This document shows, in pieces, positions 24,177 to 37,200 of a DNA stretch of 64,000 nt. Source of the DNA: Octopus sinensis (lineage: Eukaryota); NCBI RefSeq assembly GCF_006345805.1, contig NC_042998.1:125364001-125428000 (forward strand), in the 5' to 3' direction. Both the position numbers and the translations under genes were made by a program. Under the pieces are notes generated by a model that was given only the letters and a program-made list of their open reading frames with translations, did no database searches and was not told the origin of the DNA. Each line of letters starts with the position of its first letter. The stretch's first letter is position 1.

Positions 24177-27100
24177 AAAGTCTTTAGAGTTAAGGAAAAG
24201 CTACATTAATTTAATCAATTTAACTACTTCAGAATGTTTATGTCCGCAACCAACCAAAACTCAATCAGCATCTTATGAGTCTTTGTTATTTTAAGAAAAT
24301 TTTCTCAAGAAGTTTACAGCCAATGAAATAATGGCTTCACCATTCGTGTTTCTATTCTCTATGCTAAAATTTAATCAGTATATTCTTCAATTACCTTAAG
24401 ACACGTGTATTTGTGTTTGTATGTGTGTTTGTGTGAGTGTATAGAAGTTGAACAGAGAATTATACTGAGTAAAACCTGTAAGAAATAGAAGCATGAAAGA
24501 ATAGGTGGAAGCCTTCAAATACTTTACAATAACTCATCTCAAAAGTATGGATATTAACTAAAACCTCGTATGTGATATTTTACCCTTTGCCAGCTTAAAC
24601 TAATTAGTCTTCAACTTTGTTGATAAAAGTATGATGTATACTTTTTCTGTCTTCTGTTCTAAATTTTATAACTGTGATTATTGTGATAAAGAAAACTTAA
24701 ATACATTTTAGGTGATAACATAGTCCTGTTATTATCATTGATGTCCTCATTATTTGTTTATCATTCTGTAAAAATTACTTAAGTCTTCATTTTAATTCTT
24801 TCAATTTTTCCCTACTATTTATCCTGATATAAATGCTATTTTGAGGTAATGGATTTAATATTGACATTTAAAACTATTCTGAATAGAAATCAAAACATTG
24901 CCTATTCATTTAATAAAATCTTGTTGTAATTATTCTGTGTCCATTTTTTTTCAATTTCTTAAAGTGTATCAAACACCATTGAGCAAGATATAAACTGGAA
25001 TTACAATATAATTTATGCCTGAGATGAGCTGTTAATAAGATGGTAATTTTTTGGACTGTTGAATTCATCTTTAGAGATGAATATATTGCATTACAATATT
25101 TACAAATCCACTATTTCAATCTGCTTGATCGCCAATCATCATCAGCTATTTTATTCTTGAGTGTGTGCATAATCCTAAACTGGATTTGAACATAAATTGT
25201 GTGAATGTCAATGTTGTTAAACAAAATTTCATCACTAAAGATTAGGTTAATAATACAAAACATTATATCCTTAAATACAATTTCAATTCCCATTTGAAGT
25301 TATCTCTTTTCATTTATATCCTTTGGGAAAACACAAACACCCATACAAGTCAAGAATTTACCATTTCCACTCCTCCATAAATACAGAGCCTTGTGCCAAA
25401 TCAAAGAAATGAAAAATTTATTGACGCAAAGTAACTCTGCATTGGCTACAAAGTTAAAGCATTGCATTATGAGTCCCAATTCTACTGCAGCCTTAATCCT
25501 ACATAAAATAAATTATTTTCATCTCTCTCCTCTATAAAGTAGGTATTTAATGTTTCAAAAAGCCATCAATCTTTAAAAACTTGCTTTTGTGGGTGGGGGA
25601 ACAATTTGTGTGGAAATGTAAGTAACGAGAGAGAGAATCGTGTTTAGTCATCAACCAAACTAAAGCTGTTTCTGTGTGGATTCTGAATGATTGTACACTA
25701 TTAATAACTATGTTTAACATTCCACCTGTATGTGAAATTATTTCCTGCTGTACTGCTACCAACAGTACCCAACTTGCCTGGGTTTACAGAAAATATGAGA
25801 AAAAGTCACATAACTTATGGCAATTGGCTTGAATATATGTATTCCTATGATAAATAGGTGTAAAATTGTGGAAGCCTGCAATCTGGAACACATTCTCTTT
25901 CATATTGCTCTTGTGAGGACAAATGGTCTAGCAACAGACTGAAGAATGTTACAGTTTTCAACAATTGAGTTCAGTTATTGACTCAGTCTTCATTCCTTCA
26001 AATTCATGTATTAGGGCTGATTCAATCTATTGCATTTCCTCATCTATAAATTTATAGACTTGTACCAAATTTTGTTTCATACAGGAAATCTATGATTTAA
26101 GAATAAGTGGTCAATGACATAAATTCAATTATAAATCTGCATAAGAAATTACTTCATTGAAAGATTAAAGAAGTAAATATTGTCATTTTTTTCTATCCTC
26201 ATCAACAGATAACTGAGAAAGTAATTTGTAATGGTTCACAGAATTATCATTTGAAATGTGCATTGATTCAATATGGTTTGGGAGCCTTAATGTCATGCAT
26301 TCCCTTTTGTATATCTTGTAGTCAGTCAAGGCATGTTCTACCTTTTTGTTGTCCAACTGTTTTAGCATATACATAGTTGTTGGTGGTAGTGGTGGATGTA
26401 GATGAGAGACTGATCATAGTTTAGAATCATCCTTGAAATTTAGTCAACTGGAATTGTATTTAAAGTGGTCAATCAACCTGTTTATTTGGCATTTGTCTGT
26501 TACATGTATGATTTTATAGACTGTTGGATTTATAGTTAGAGGACCTATATAAGTAGAAACTGACTGAAACTATGAATTATACTCTTGACTGTCCTCAAAA
26601 TACTCTTTTAAGATATAAGTAAAAGAGTTGGCATCCAGCCAAAAAATACAGCCTTAAAATATCCTGTCCAATTTATGCCAGCATAATGTTTCACTGGGTA
26701 GTTGGTTCTTTGAGTTTAGGAAAACCATTTCTGTTGAGTTTTACTTAAAACAAAGTGACATTTGAAGCAGTTAAAATGTGTAGGAAAATAGACACATACA
26801 TACAGGAATAAAATTTACATACCAAGTATAATTCATTGATATTATTGCAATGAGATTCAATTTGTTTCATAATTTGAAAACAAGAAGTGACCTAAAGTTA
26901 TATGTCAGTGTTATTGATACAGTTACTCATGTTGAGTATGCTGAATCAAGTCTGGGAATACTTAGTTTCCCACATAGGTAAACATGTTTTGTAAATCAGA
27001 ACTGTATAACTCCTGAGCTAATTATACTAGTTAATCTGAAGATGAACAAGAATGCCCATAATTATTTCAAATCTTAAAATGAGTTTAGGTATGAGTGGTG

Positions 27101-28157
27101 TAGAAAAGATAATTGTCGAGAAACATTGACCAATATAATGGTGGATTCTTTGTTGATGAGTATTCAGTTGTTTGACTAAATTCTTGTCCATGAAACATGT
27201 AAGTAGCTGAGTATTCCACAGACGTGTATCATTTATGTAATTCTCAAGCCAATTTAGCATGAGACAATGTGACAATGCTTGACCTTTGAATTACAGATGG
27301 AAACCAGAAATAATGTCAAAAGCATTCTATGCAATTCTCTAACAATTCTACTAATTTGCTGCCTTACCAATATAGTAACAGTAGGCAAGGTGGTGAGCTG
27401 GCAGAATCTTAAGCACACCGGGCAAAATGCTTACCAACATTTTGTCCATCTTTATGTTCTGAATTAAAATTCAATCATGGTCAACTTTGCCTTTCATCCT
27501 TTTGGGGTTGATAAAATAAGTACTAGTTGAGTACTGAGGTCAACATAATCGATTTGCTCCCTTGCCCAAACTTGCTGGCCTTGAGCCCAAATTTGAAACC
27601 AGTATAGTAACAGTAGAAGACAGAAACCAGGAAAGTGATATGGCTCAACAATAAAACAGCATTGTAAATTGCTACAGAATGAAAGCTTTTTTTTAAATAA
27701 TGTTATATTTTTCTTGGGAATGAGGATCATTCAATGTTCAATAATGATCACCATAGGACCAATGTTAAACTTAGGTTTCTCAAGACTTAAATCTCACCTT
27801 GCTTATCACTTAACTTTAAGATTTAATCCTTAATTTCTAAAGTTAAATAAATCAGTCCAACCAGAACTGTCTAGTCAAAAGACAGTAAATCAGAGGCAAT
27901 GGGTGTCAACTTATAATATCTAAAACCTACAAGGTAACATTGAAGATATTTTTAAAACTTTGCCCAGATTTGATTATAATTAAAACATTTTCAATGACAT
28001 CATCATTTGATCTGAAGCAAGATGACTCAATCTTATTGATAGATTTTTAATGTGAAAATATATTTTGAAGTCTATTCATACATTTGAAATATAATTTTAG
28101 AGGTAAGGACAATGAAATTCAATGTAGAAATGTGAGAAAATGAAGGTTCAGGTAAAT

Positions 28158-28258
28158 TTAAGAAGGGTAATAAAATGGTTTTGAATATTGTCCTGGACGA
28201 TTCCAGTAGTCCACTGCTCTAACACGGTAATATCCTGTCACCAATGTAGAATTATTTC
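28158..28258 (-). CDS. IDUA: IDUA terminal exon 15 ([32 protein letters not shown])
   Basis: TTTTTTCCAG acceptor, TAA at 28158-28160. Confidence 0.94.
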
Positions 28259-31200
28259 CTGGAAAAAATTATAAAATAAAATAAAACTTCAGTGAAGAAT
28301 CTTCACAAACAATGACATTTAGAAAATGTTACTTTCCTCTTAAATAAGGGAAAAAAATGGCCCAGATATGTAGGAAATATGGGAATAGTATGTTGTGACT
28401 GACCACAAATGTGTATGGGAAGAGGGTAATATGTCTGAAGAATGAGTTTGATGTGTGATAGGCAGCTATTACACAACCTGGATTCAGAATATGAGTTCAG
28501 GTTTAATGGCAAGGTCATCATCATCATCATTTAATATCTGTTGTCCATGCTGGCATGCATTGGATGGTTTGACCAGGCTGGCATGCTGGAAGGCAGTCTG
28601 ATTTGGCATGGTTTTCTGCAGCTGAATGCCCTTCCTAACACCAGCCACTTTGAGAGTGTAAAGGGTGCTTTTACATGCCAACAGCACGGGTGCTATTTGT
28701 GTGACACCAGGGTGCCAATTTGCATGACACTAGTATCTGACACAACTGCAATTTTGCTCGACTTGATGGGTCTTCTCAAGCACAACATAATGCCAAAAAG
28801 CTGTCATTGCCTCCATGGGGCCCAACACTCAGAAGGAACTCAACCACTTTGCCTCTGTGAGGCCTAATGCTCAAAAGGAACTCAGCCATTTTGCCTCTGT
28901 GAGGCCCAACGCTTGAAAGATATTCCTTACATGCCACCAGCACAGGTGCACTTGGCTTGACAGGTCCTCTCAAGCAGAGCACATCACCAAAGATCTTGGT
29001 TACTAGTCATTGCCTCTGTGAGGCTCAAAGTTGGAAGATCATGTTTCACCACCTCATCCCATATATTCCTGGGTCTACCTCTACCACAGGTTCCCTCCAC
29101 AGTTAAAGATCGGCATTTCTTTACACAGCTGTCCTCGTTCATATGCACCACATGACCATACCAGCACAGTCATCTCTCTTGTACACCACATCTGATTCCT
29201 CTTATGATTAGTTTTTCTCTCAAGATGCTTACACTCTGCTGAACATGCACACTGACATTGCACATCCAGCAAAGCATACTGACTTCATTTCTTTCAGCTG
29301 TCACAGCCCATGCTTCACTGCCATGCAGCATAGGTGAATTATGATACACTGTGGTTTTATATTTAAACATTTCTACATTACAAAATGATTTAATACCTAT
29401 TTTCAACTGTTAGATGAGGTGACATAGAGTGAAGTGTTCTGATCAAAAATACAATGAAATGCCTGCAGTAGATTTGATTCATAACCATGAATAAGTAGTT
29501 CAATACTCCATCCACTCAACCACTTTACCTTTCCTGTAACTACTTACATGCATTTCTCTAAGGCATATTACATTAAAAATATAAAAACACTCTGACCACA
29601 GTACACATGTAACCCCATTTTCTAAAAAATTTCTATACTGCACCTTGCTACCATATTCGGTTCAGCATACAATGTTACATCATGAGCAATGAGGATGCTA
29701 CATGAGCAAGGAAGTCTCAAACCAGACTAAACTACAATTCATCTACTGAGTTGAAGAATCTATTAGTAAATCCAAAATTTTTTCATCAATAGCCATCAAG
29801 CTAAAAGTCTGAGCAGAGTTTAATTAGGAGTCTGTTAGCTAAAAAAGTAGTCTCCACTAATTTTTTTCACTTCACTATGAGTAAATTTTTGTAACTCATT
29901 GAGCTTTTAAATGGTTGCTATTGATGATTTCATCTGCATAAGCACATCAAAAAGAAATTTGTTGTCATCTCAAGATGTAAGAGATGATTTGAGCCCAGCA
30001 CTACAAGCTAAATGTTATAACTCTGCTACTTACAATAACAAACTGAAGCACTTTTGCATAATAATTAACAGAGTTCTACAGTTTGTTATTTCGTCTCATT
30101 GTAAAATATATTGCAGTAATGTGACAGGATCAAGATATAAAATTAATTACTTTTATATGACACAACACTTTTATACTTTTATAATTCTCACACTTACAAC
30201 ATCCATTCAAATACTGAATGATATAAAGTGATTGCTGGATTAATGAACAAAAGGATGGATGATTATATATGGACATATATATATGTGTGTTATATGTAAG
30301 TACAAATCAGGTACACTCCACGCAGCACCAAACTGTATATTTTGCAATATTATGGATCAGTATCTACTCCAAGATTTCAAAATTAAATTATACCAAAAGT
30401 AGCTATGAAACTTCTTGCTCTCATTGCTCATTATTAAAATATCTTTATGTATGTCACAAAAATTTCACTTACCTGAAGGCACAAACATAAAAGAATTCAC
30501 CACAGAATCTTGTTGATTAATTCGTCTGTACTGACTTTCAGTGTCTGATTTTGATAGCTCTACTTCATATCGCAAGATGCATCTAAAATTTAAAATATAC
30601 ATATAACATTATAGATTACTTCAAATATTCTGGAAAGGAAAGATAAAATAATCTCCGAATTTTCAGCTTCGTTTATTGATAGCATAACTAACTGAAGAAT
30701 GAAGATGAATGGTTAAAATACTGAGCAACTATTCCATGTGGATATAACCTCAAAAGCTAGCTAGGGTGGGAGTTACCATCTCTTATTTTGATCATCATTA
30801 CAACCATTCTAACCAGTGACTAAATATTCTTCTCAAAAGTAATAACCAAAAATTAATATGCTTGTAAGATAAAAAGTATGTTTATGTTTGCTTTTTTTTA
30901 TATTTCATTTCTTGTTATATATCTAAAATACTTTGGGGATTCTAAACAAAATGCTGTGCCATATTTCATTTTGTCTCTTTGAATTTAGTGTTCACTCTAC
31001 TGAAGTTTGCTTTAACTTTGGCTTTGGTCACTCTAGTAGTGTATTCAGATCATTTGGCTAACTGTATCAACTTCATATAGGAGAGGCCTTTCACATAGGG
31101 TAGACAGACTGTGGACAGTTTATCGGTTTCATCCTCTCTTTTCTTCATAGTTGGAGTGCAGAGTATGTTTTTGGGGTAGTTGTTGCTAAATAGATTGTTA

Positions 31201-34200
31201 TTGAGCTTGATCATTTCTTCGTGGTCGGTATCATGATTGCTACTTATATTCATTGCTCAATGTTTTAGGCACTGAACAATCCTTCTCTTTACACTGTATG
31301 GATGGTGACAGTTGAAGTTGAGGTATCGTCCAATGAAGGTCAGCTTGCAGTATACAGATGTCCTGAATCCATACTTGGTGCGTGTTACTAATACGTCCAG
31401 GAATGCTAGCTGATTATCTTTTTCTTTTTCCATTGTGAACTGCATGGATGGCTTTATTGAGTTCACATGATCTAACAGCACTTGGACATCTTCCTGGTGG
31501 GGCCAGAGTACGAAGGTGTCATCAACATATCGAAGCCATAGGGTTGGTTTTAGTAGTGTTGATCCTAAAGCCAAATTCTAAAAATATTCCATGTATATAT
31601 TGGCTATTATCGGTGATAATGGCAAACCCATAGCTAAACCCTCTTCTTGACGATATATATCAGTGTCCATACTGAAGTAGGTAGTTTCTACACAGAAGGT
31701 CAACATTTCCATCAAGTTTCTTATTGGTATACTAGTGTATTCTTAAAAGATGTGTCTCTGTCACTAGTTTTTCTTGAATCACCAATAGTGCTTCACCATT
31801 TGGGACTTTGGTGAACAGACTTATTACATCTAGACTCACCATCTGGCTAGATTCAATTGAGGTATCCTTGATCAATTTTGTGAAGTGGGTGGAATTTTTT
31901 ACATACGATGTTGACTTTCCTGCTAATGGAATGATTATATCCACAAGGAAGTGGCTCAGTGGATGACATGCTGAACCTCTACAGCTCACTATAGGTCTTA
32001 ATGGAATACCATCCTTGTGAATCTTAGGAAGACCGTACATGTGTGGTAGTTTACTGTAGTGTTCAGTCAGTTATCTGTACTTCATTGGTGTTAAGTTAAA
32101 CTTGTTCTTGATCAAGATCTGTGACAACTTCCTCTCTGTTTTCAAAGTAGGGTCTTTCTTTACTTTGCTGTAGCTACCATCACTTATAAGACTTGCCAGT
32201 TTTTCCGAGTAGTCAGACTTGTTCATCACCACTGTAGCATTTCCCTTGTCTGCTGGAAGTATTATGATGGAATTGTCACTCTGTAGTCTTTTGATAGCGA
32301 ACATTTCATCCCTAGTGATGTTTGGTTTGAGAAGTTTCACTTTTTTCTAGTACCTGTCTCATTTCCCACCTTAGTTCATTTCCTTGAGCTTTTGGCATCT
32401 TTATGGCTATCTCTTCAATAGGGGCTATGCACTTGATGGTTGTCGCAAAGTTGAGACCTTTGTTTAGTACTGCTTCTTCAGAGCTTTCTAGATGTCAGCT
32501 ACTTACACTAATTACTGCTTTCACAGGTGGGTGATGGACTTCAGGTTTCATTCTCTGATCTTTGAGTTTCATAAACTTCTTAATCTGGCGTGTCTTTACC
32601 ATTTCAAATTCTTCCATGTATGACTTTTCTAGATCTTGTTGGATTCTCTTTCTATCATCATCTCTGGTTATTTTCTTAAGTAATGAAGATAACCACTGTT
32701 TGAGAGGTTATCATCATCATCAACAACAACAACAATGAAAAATACCTTAGGAATGAGAACCCAGGTTTGAAATTTCCCCAAGACACCTGATGAAAGCTGG
32801 AGGATATATAAGCCGAAACGTGTTAACAACAAACAATATGAGGACAAATATCCATCAATTGTAAATAATGTAAATAATGTACATAATTCCTCATCTCTTA
32901 AACATAGAGCTGAACTAAAGTGAGATCACATCCACGCATGTCCGGCCCTGTTAAGAATACCCCTAATGTGTCAGGTGATATGATATGCTTGAGAAAACCT
33001 TTTGAGTCAAGTAAAACCAATATCATAGCTGTGGCTGGTGGCATGTAAAAAGCACCATCTGAATGTGGTTGTTGCCAGGTCTGCCTAACTGGCTCCCGTG
33101 CCAGTGGCACATAAAAAGCACCAACCAAAGGTGGCCAATGCCAATACCAAACAGACTAGCTTCCATGCTAGTGGCACATAAAAAGTACCATCTGAACATG
33201 GTCAATGCCAGGTCTGCCTGACTGGCTCCTGTGCCAGTGACATGTAAAAAGTAACCACTACACTCTCGGAGTGGTTGACGTTAGGAAGGGCATCTAGCAG
33301 TAGAAACATTGCCAGATCAGATTGGAGCCTGGTGTAGCTGCTGGCTCTCCAGACCTCAGTCAAACAGTCCAACCCATGCCGGCATGGAAAACGGACGTTA
33401 AATGAAGATGATGATGATGATGAAACACACACTCATATATATATATACATCCACACATGTATGAGTTATTTGACACAGTTTTTACTTAGTCCCAGGCCTA
33501 CCTTGATCAATCAGATTAAAGGTGTTCTAACCAAAGCTATCCCAACTTTTACACAAAGAAACTGTGTAACAAACAGTAAACAGGAGTGTTCCAGTTTACA
33601 GAATACAATGAAGAATATAAAAAATATAATAACCATCAGATAACTATCTTTCATACTTACTTTGTTCCAATGAATTTATCAGACCACACCACTAACACCT
33701 GGCCAAAAGTTACTTTATACACTTGGACAGCCGATACCTGTAAAGATAAGAAAATATGTTTTTTCTATTTCGTTTTTGTTTCATGAAAAATATGAATTCT
33801 GCTTTCCAATCACATGGTTTCAGGTTCAGTCCCACTGTGTGGCATCTTGAACAAGAAGCATCTTCCTTGGACTGACCAAAGCTTTGTGAATGGATTTGGT
33901 AGACAGAAACTGAAAGAAACCCATCATATATATATATCATCAACATCATCATCATCATTTAGCGTCCGTTTTCCATGCTAGCATGGGTTGGACGGTTTAA
34001 CTGGGGTCTGTGAAGCCGGAAGGCTTCATCAGGCCCAGTCAGATTTGGCAGTGTTTCTACGGCTGGATGCCCTTCCTAACGCCAACCACTCCGCGAGTGT
34101 AGTGGGTGTTTTTTACGTGCCACCTGCACAGGTGCCAGACAGAGCTGGCGAACGGCCACGAACGGATGGTGTTTTTACGTGTCACCGGCACAGGGCCAGG

Positions 34201-37200
34201 CAATGCTGGCAACAGACACGAACGGATGGTGCTTTTACGTGCCACCGACACGGGGCCAGACAGAGCTGGCAAACGGCCACGAACGGACGGTGCTTTTACG
34301 TGTCACCTGCACGGGGGCCAGCCGAGGCTGGCTACGAACACGAACGGATGGTGCTTTTATGTGCCACCGACACGGGGCCAGACAGAGCTGGCAAACGGCC
34401 ACGAACGGACAGTGCTTTTACGTTTCACCTGCACGGGGGCCAGCCGAGGCTGGCAACGAACACAAACAGATGGTGCTTTTACGTGCCACGGACACGGGGC
34501 CAGACAGAGCTGGCAAACGGCCACGAACGGACGGTGCTTTTACGTGTCACCGGCACGGGGGCCAGCCGAGGCTGGCAACGGACACGAACGGACGGTGCTT
34601 TTATGTGCCACCGACACGGGGCCAGACGGAGCTGGCAAACGGCCACGAACGGACGGTGCTTTTACGTGTCACCGGCACGGGGCCAGGCGAGGCTGGCAAC
34701 GAACACGAACGGATGGTGCTTTTACGTGCCACCGACACGGGGGCCAGACAGAGCTGGCAAACAGCCACGAGCGAATGGTGCTTTTACGTATCACCGACAC
34801 GGGTGCCAGACGAGGCTGACAGTGGACACGTGCCAGACGAGGCTGACAGTGGACACGAACAGATGGATCACTTAACCCCTGCTTTCTGATATATGATTTG
34901 ATTTTGATTGTTCTCACTGGTCTTGCCGGGTCTTCTGACGCACAGCATACTTCCATAGGTCTTGGTCTCTGGTCATTTCCTTGGTGAGACCTAGAGTTCG
35001 AAGGTCGTGCTTCACCACCTCGACCCAGGTTTTCCTGGGTCTACCTCTTCCACAGGTCCCCTCAACTGCCAGGGTGTGGCACTTTTTCACACACCTATCT
35101 TCATCCATTCTCACCACATGACCATACTAGCGCAATCGTCTCTCTTGCACACAACATCTGATGCCTCTTAGGTCCAACTTTTCTCTCAAGGTACTTACAC
35201 TCTGTCGACTATGAACACTGACATTACACATCCAACGGAGCATACTAGCTTCATTTCTCGCAAGCTTACGCATGTCCTCAGCAGTCACGGCCCATGTTTC
35301 ACTGCCATGTAGCATGGCTGTTCGTACACATGCATCATACAGTCTGCCTTTTACTCTGAGCGAGAGGCCTTTAGTCACCAACAGAGGTAAGAGCTCCCTA
35401 AACTTTGCCCAGGCTATTCTTACTCTAGCTGTTACACTTTCAGCACACCCACCCCCACTACTGACTTGGTCACCAAGATAACAGAAGCTATCAACTACTT
35501 CTAGTTTTTTCCCCTGGAAAGTGACGAAGGTTGTTTTCTGCAGATTTTCAGAGGTTAATGCTCCCGAGCATCTGCCACATACAAAAACCATCTTCCTAGT
35601 TAGCCTTCCTATGACATTGCTGCACCTCTTATGTGTCCATAGCTTACACTTGGTGCATCTTATAGAGTTCTACCTACACCTTTTCTACAGATCGAGCAGG
35701 GCCATCTACCTGAAGGCGTTTGTGATTTGTCTACCTTCCTACTTATTACGACTTTGGTTTTAGCTAGGTTGACTCTAAGGCCCTTCGATTCTAAACCATG
35801 CTTCCACACCTGAAACTTCTTCTCCAGTTCTGATAATGACTCAGCAATTAGAGCAAGGTCATCAGCATAGAGGAGCTCCCAGGGGCATCCTGTCTTGAAT
35901 TCCTCCGTTATTGCCTGGAGGACTATGATAAATAGGAGGGGGCTGAGGACTGAACCTTGGTGGACCCCTACCTCTACCCGGAATTCTTCACTGTACTCAT
36001 TGCCAACCCTCACCTTACTAGCAGCATCCCTGTACATGGCTTGCACAGCTCTCACTAACCATTCATCTATTCCTAGTTTCCTCATTGACCACCAGATGAG
36101 GGATCGGGGGACCCTGTCGAAGGCTTTCTCCATGTCAACAAAAGCCAGGTACAGGGGCTTATCTTTGGCTAGGTATTTCTCCTGCAGCTGCCTTACCAGG
36201 AATATAGCATCAGTGGTACTTTTCCCTGGCACGAACCCAAACTGCATCTCATCTAAACTAACTCTCTCTCTAATTAGTTGGCTTATGACCCTCTCTGTAA
36301 CCTTCATCACCTGATCCAACAGCTTGATACCTCTGTAATTATTTGTATCTAGGGCATCACCTTTACCTTTGTAGCAGTTGACTATTATGCTGCTACACCA
36401 GTCATTGGGTATGACTCCTTCATGTAACACCTGATTAACTATACAGGTGACTAGGCTATAGCCGACACTACCAAATATTTTGAGCATCTCTGCAGTGATA
36501 CCTGATGGGCCTGGGGCTTTCCCTGTCTTCATGCTTCTAATTGCCTTAGCTACCATGGAACTATCAACCCTGATAGCTGGTCCCTCTGTTGGGTCAACGT
36601 TCGGCAGACTCTCTTTATCCCATTCATTTTCTTTATTCAGCAACCTTTCATAGTGGCGTCTCCAGGCCTCTCTCTTTGCATCCTCGTTTAGCGCAAGTGA
36701 ACCATCTTCCATGCGAACACACTTCTCTCCTACCACATCACAATTCTCTCTCACACACTGTCTTGCAACGCGAAACACCTCCAGTCTTTGGTCCTCACGG
36801 CGCAGAACATTGGCAAATTTTTTCTTATCTGCTTCCCCTCTGGCTAGATAGACCTGTCTCCTAGCTTCCCTTTTAGCAGTCTGATACAATTCCCTGCTAC
36901 CCCCATTCTTCCAGTGCTTCCAAGTCTGTCTCTTTTCTCTAATAGCCCTGTCTACAACACTGTTCCACCACCACGTTACCTTGGGACGAGAGGGGACTTT
37001 GCACCAGCCACAGATCTGGTCAGTGGCTCTCAGCAGGTTGTCCCTTAGAAACGTCCAGTTGCCCTCTACCCCATGTGATACTCTATCCCCTTCTACTTCG
37101 TCAAAGGCTTCAAGTAACATTCTCTAAATCTCTGTCCATTCGCAGGATCCTTAAACTTCCAGATCCTTCTTCTCCATGTTGGTCGTCTTCTGGTTGTCCT

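Noticed and set aside
34105-34860. CRISPR-like periodic array with a conserved core and variable intervening sequence
   Set aside because: The intervening parts are two recurring variants, not unique spacers. The array lies in a eukaryotic LINE 3' UTR and there are no cas genes.
33988-34889. Three overlapping 236-295 aa ORFs as real proteins
   Set aside because: They are translations of a stop-free tandem repeat antisense to the LINE, and they lack ATG starts.
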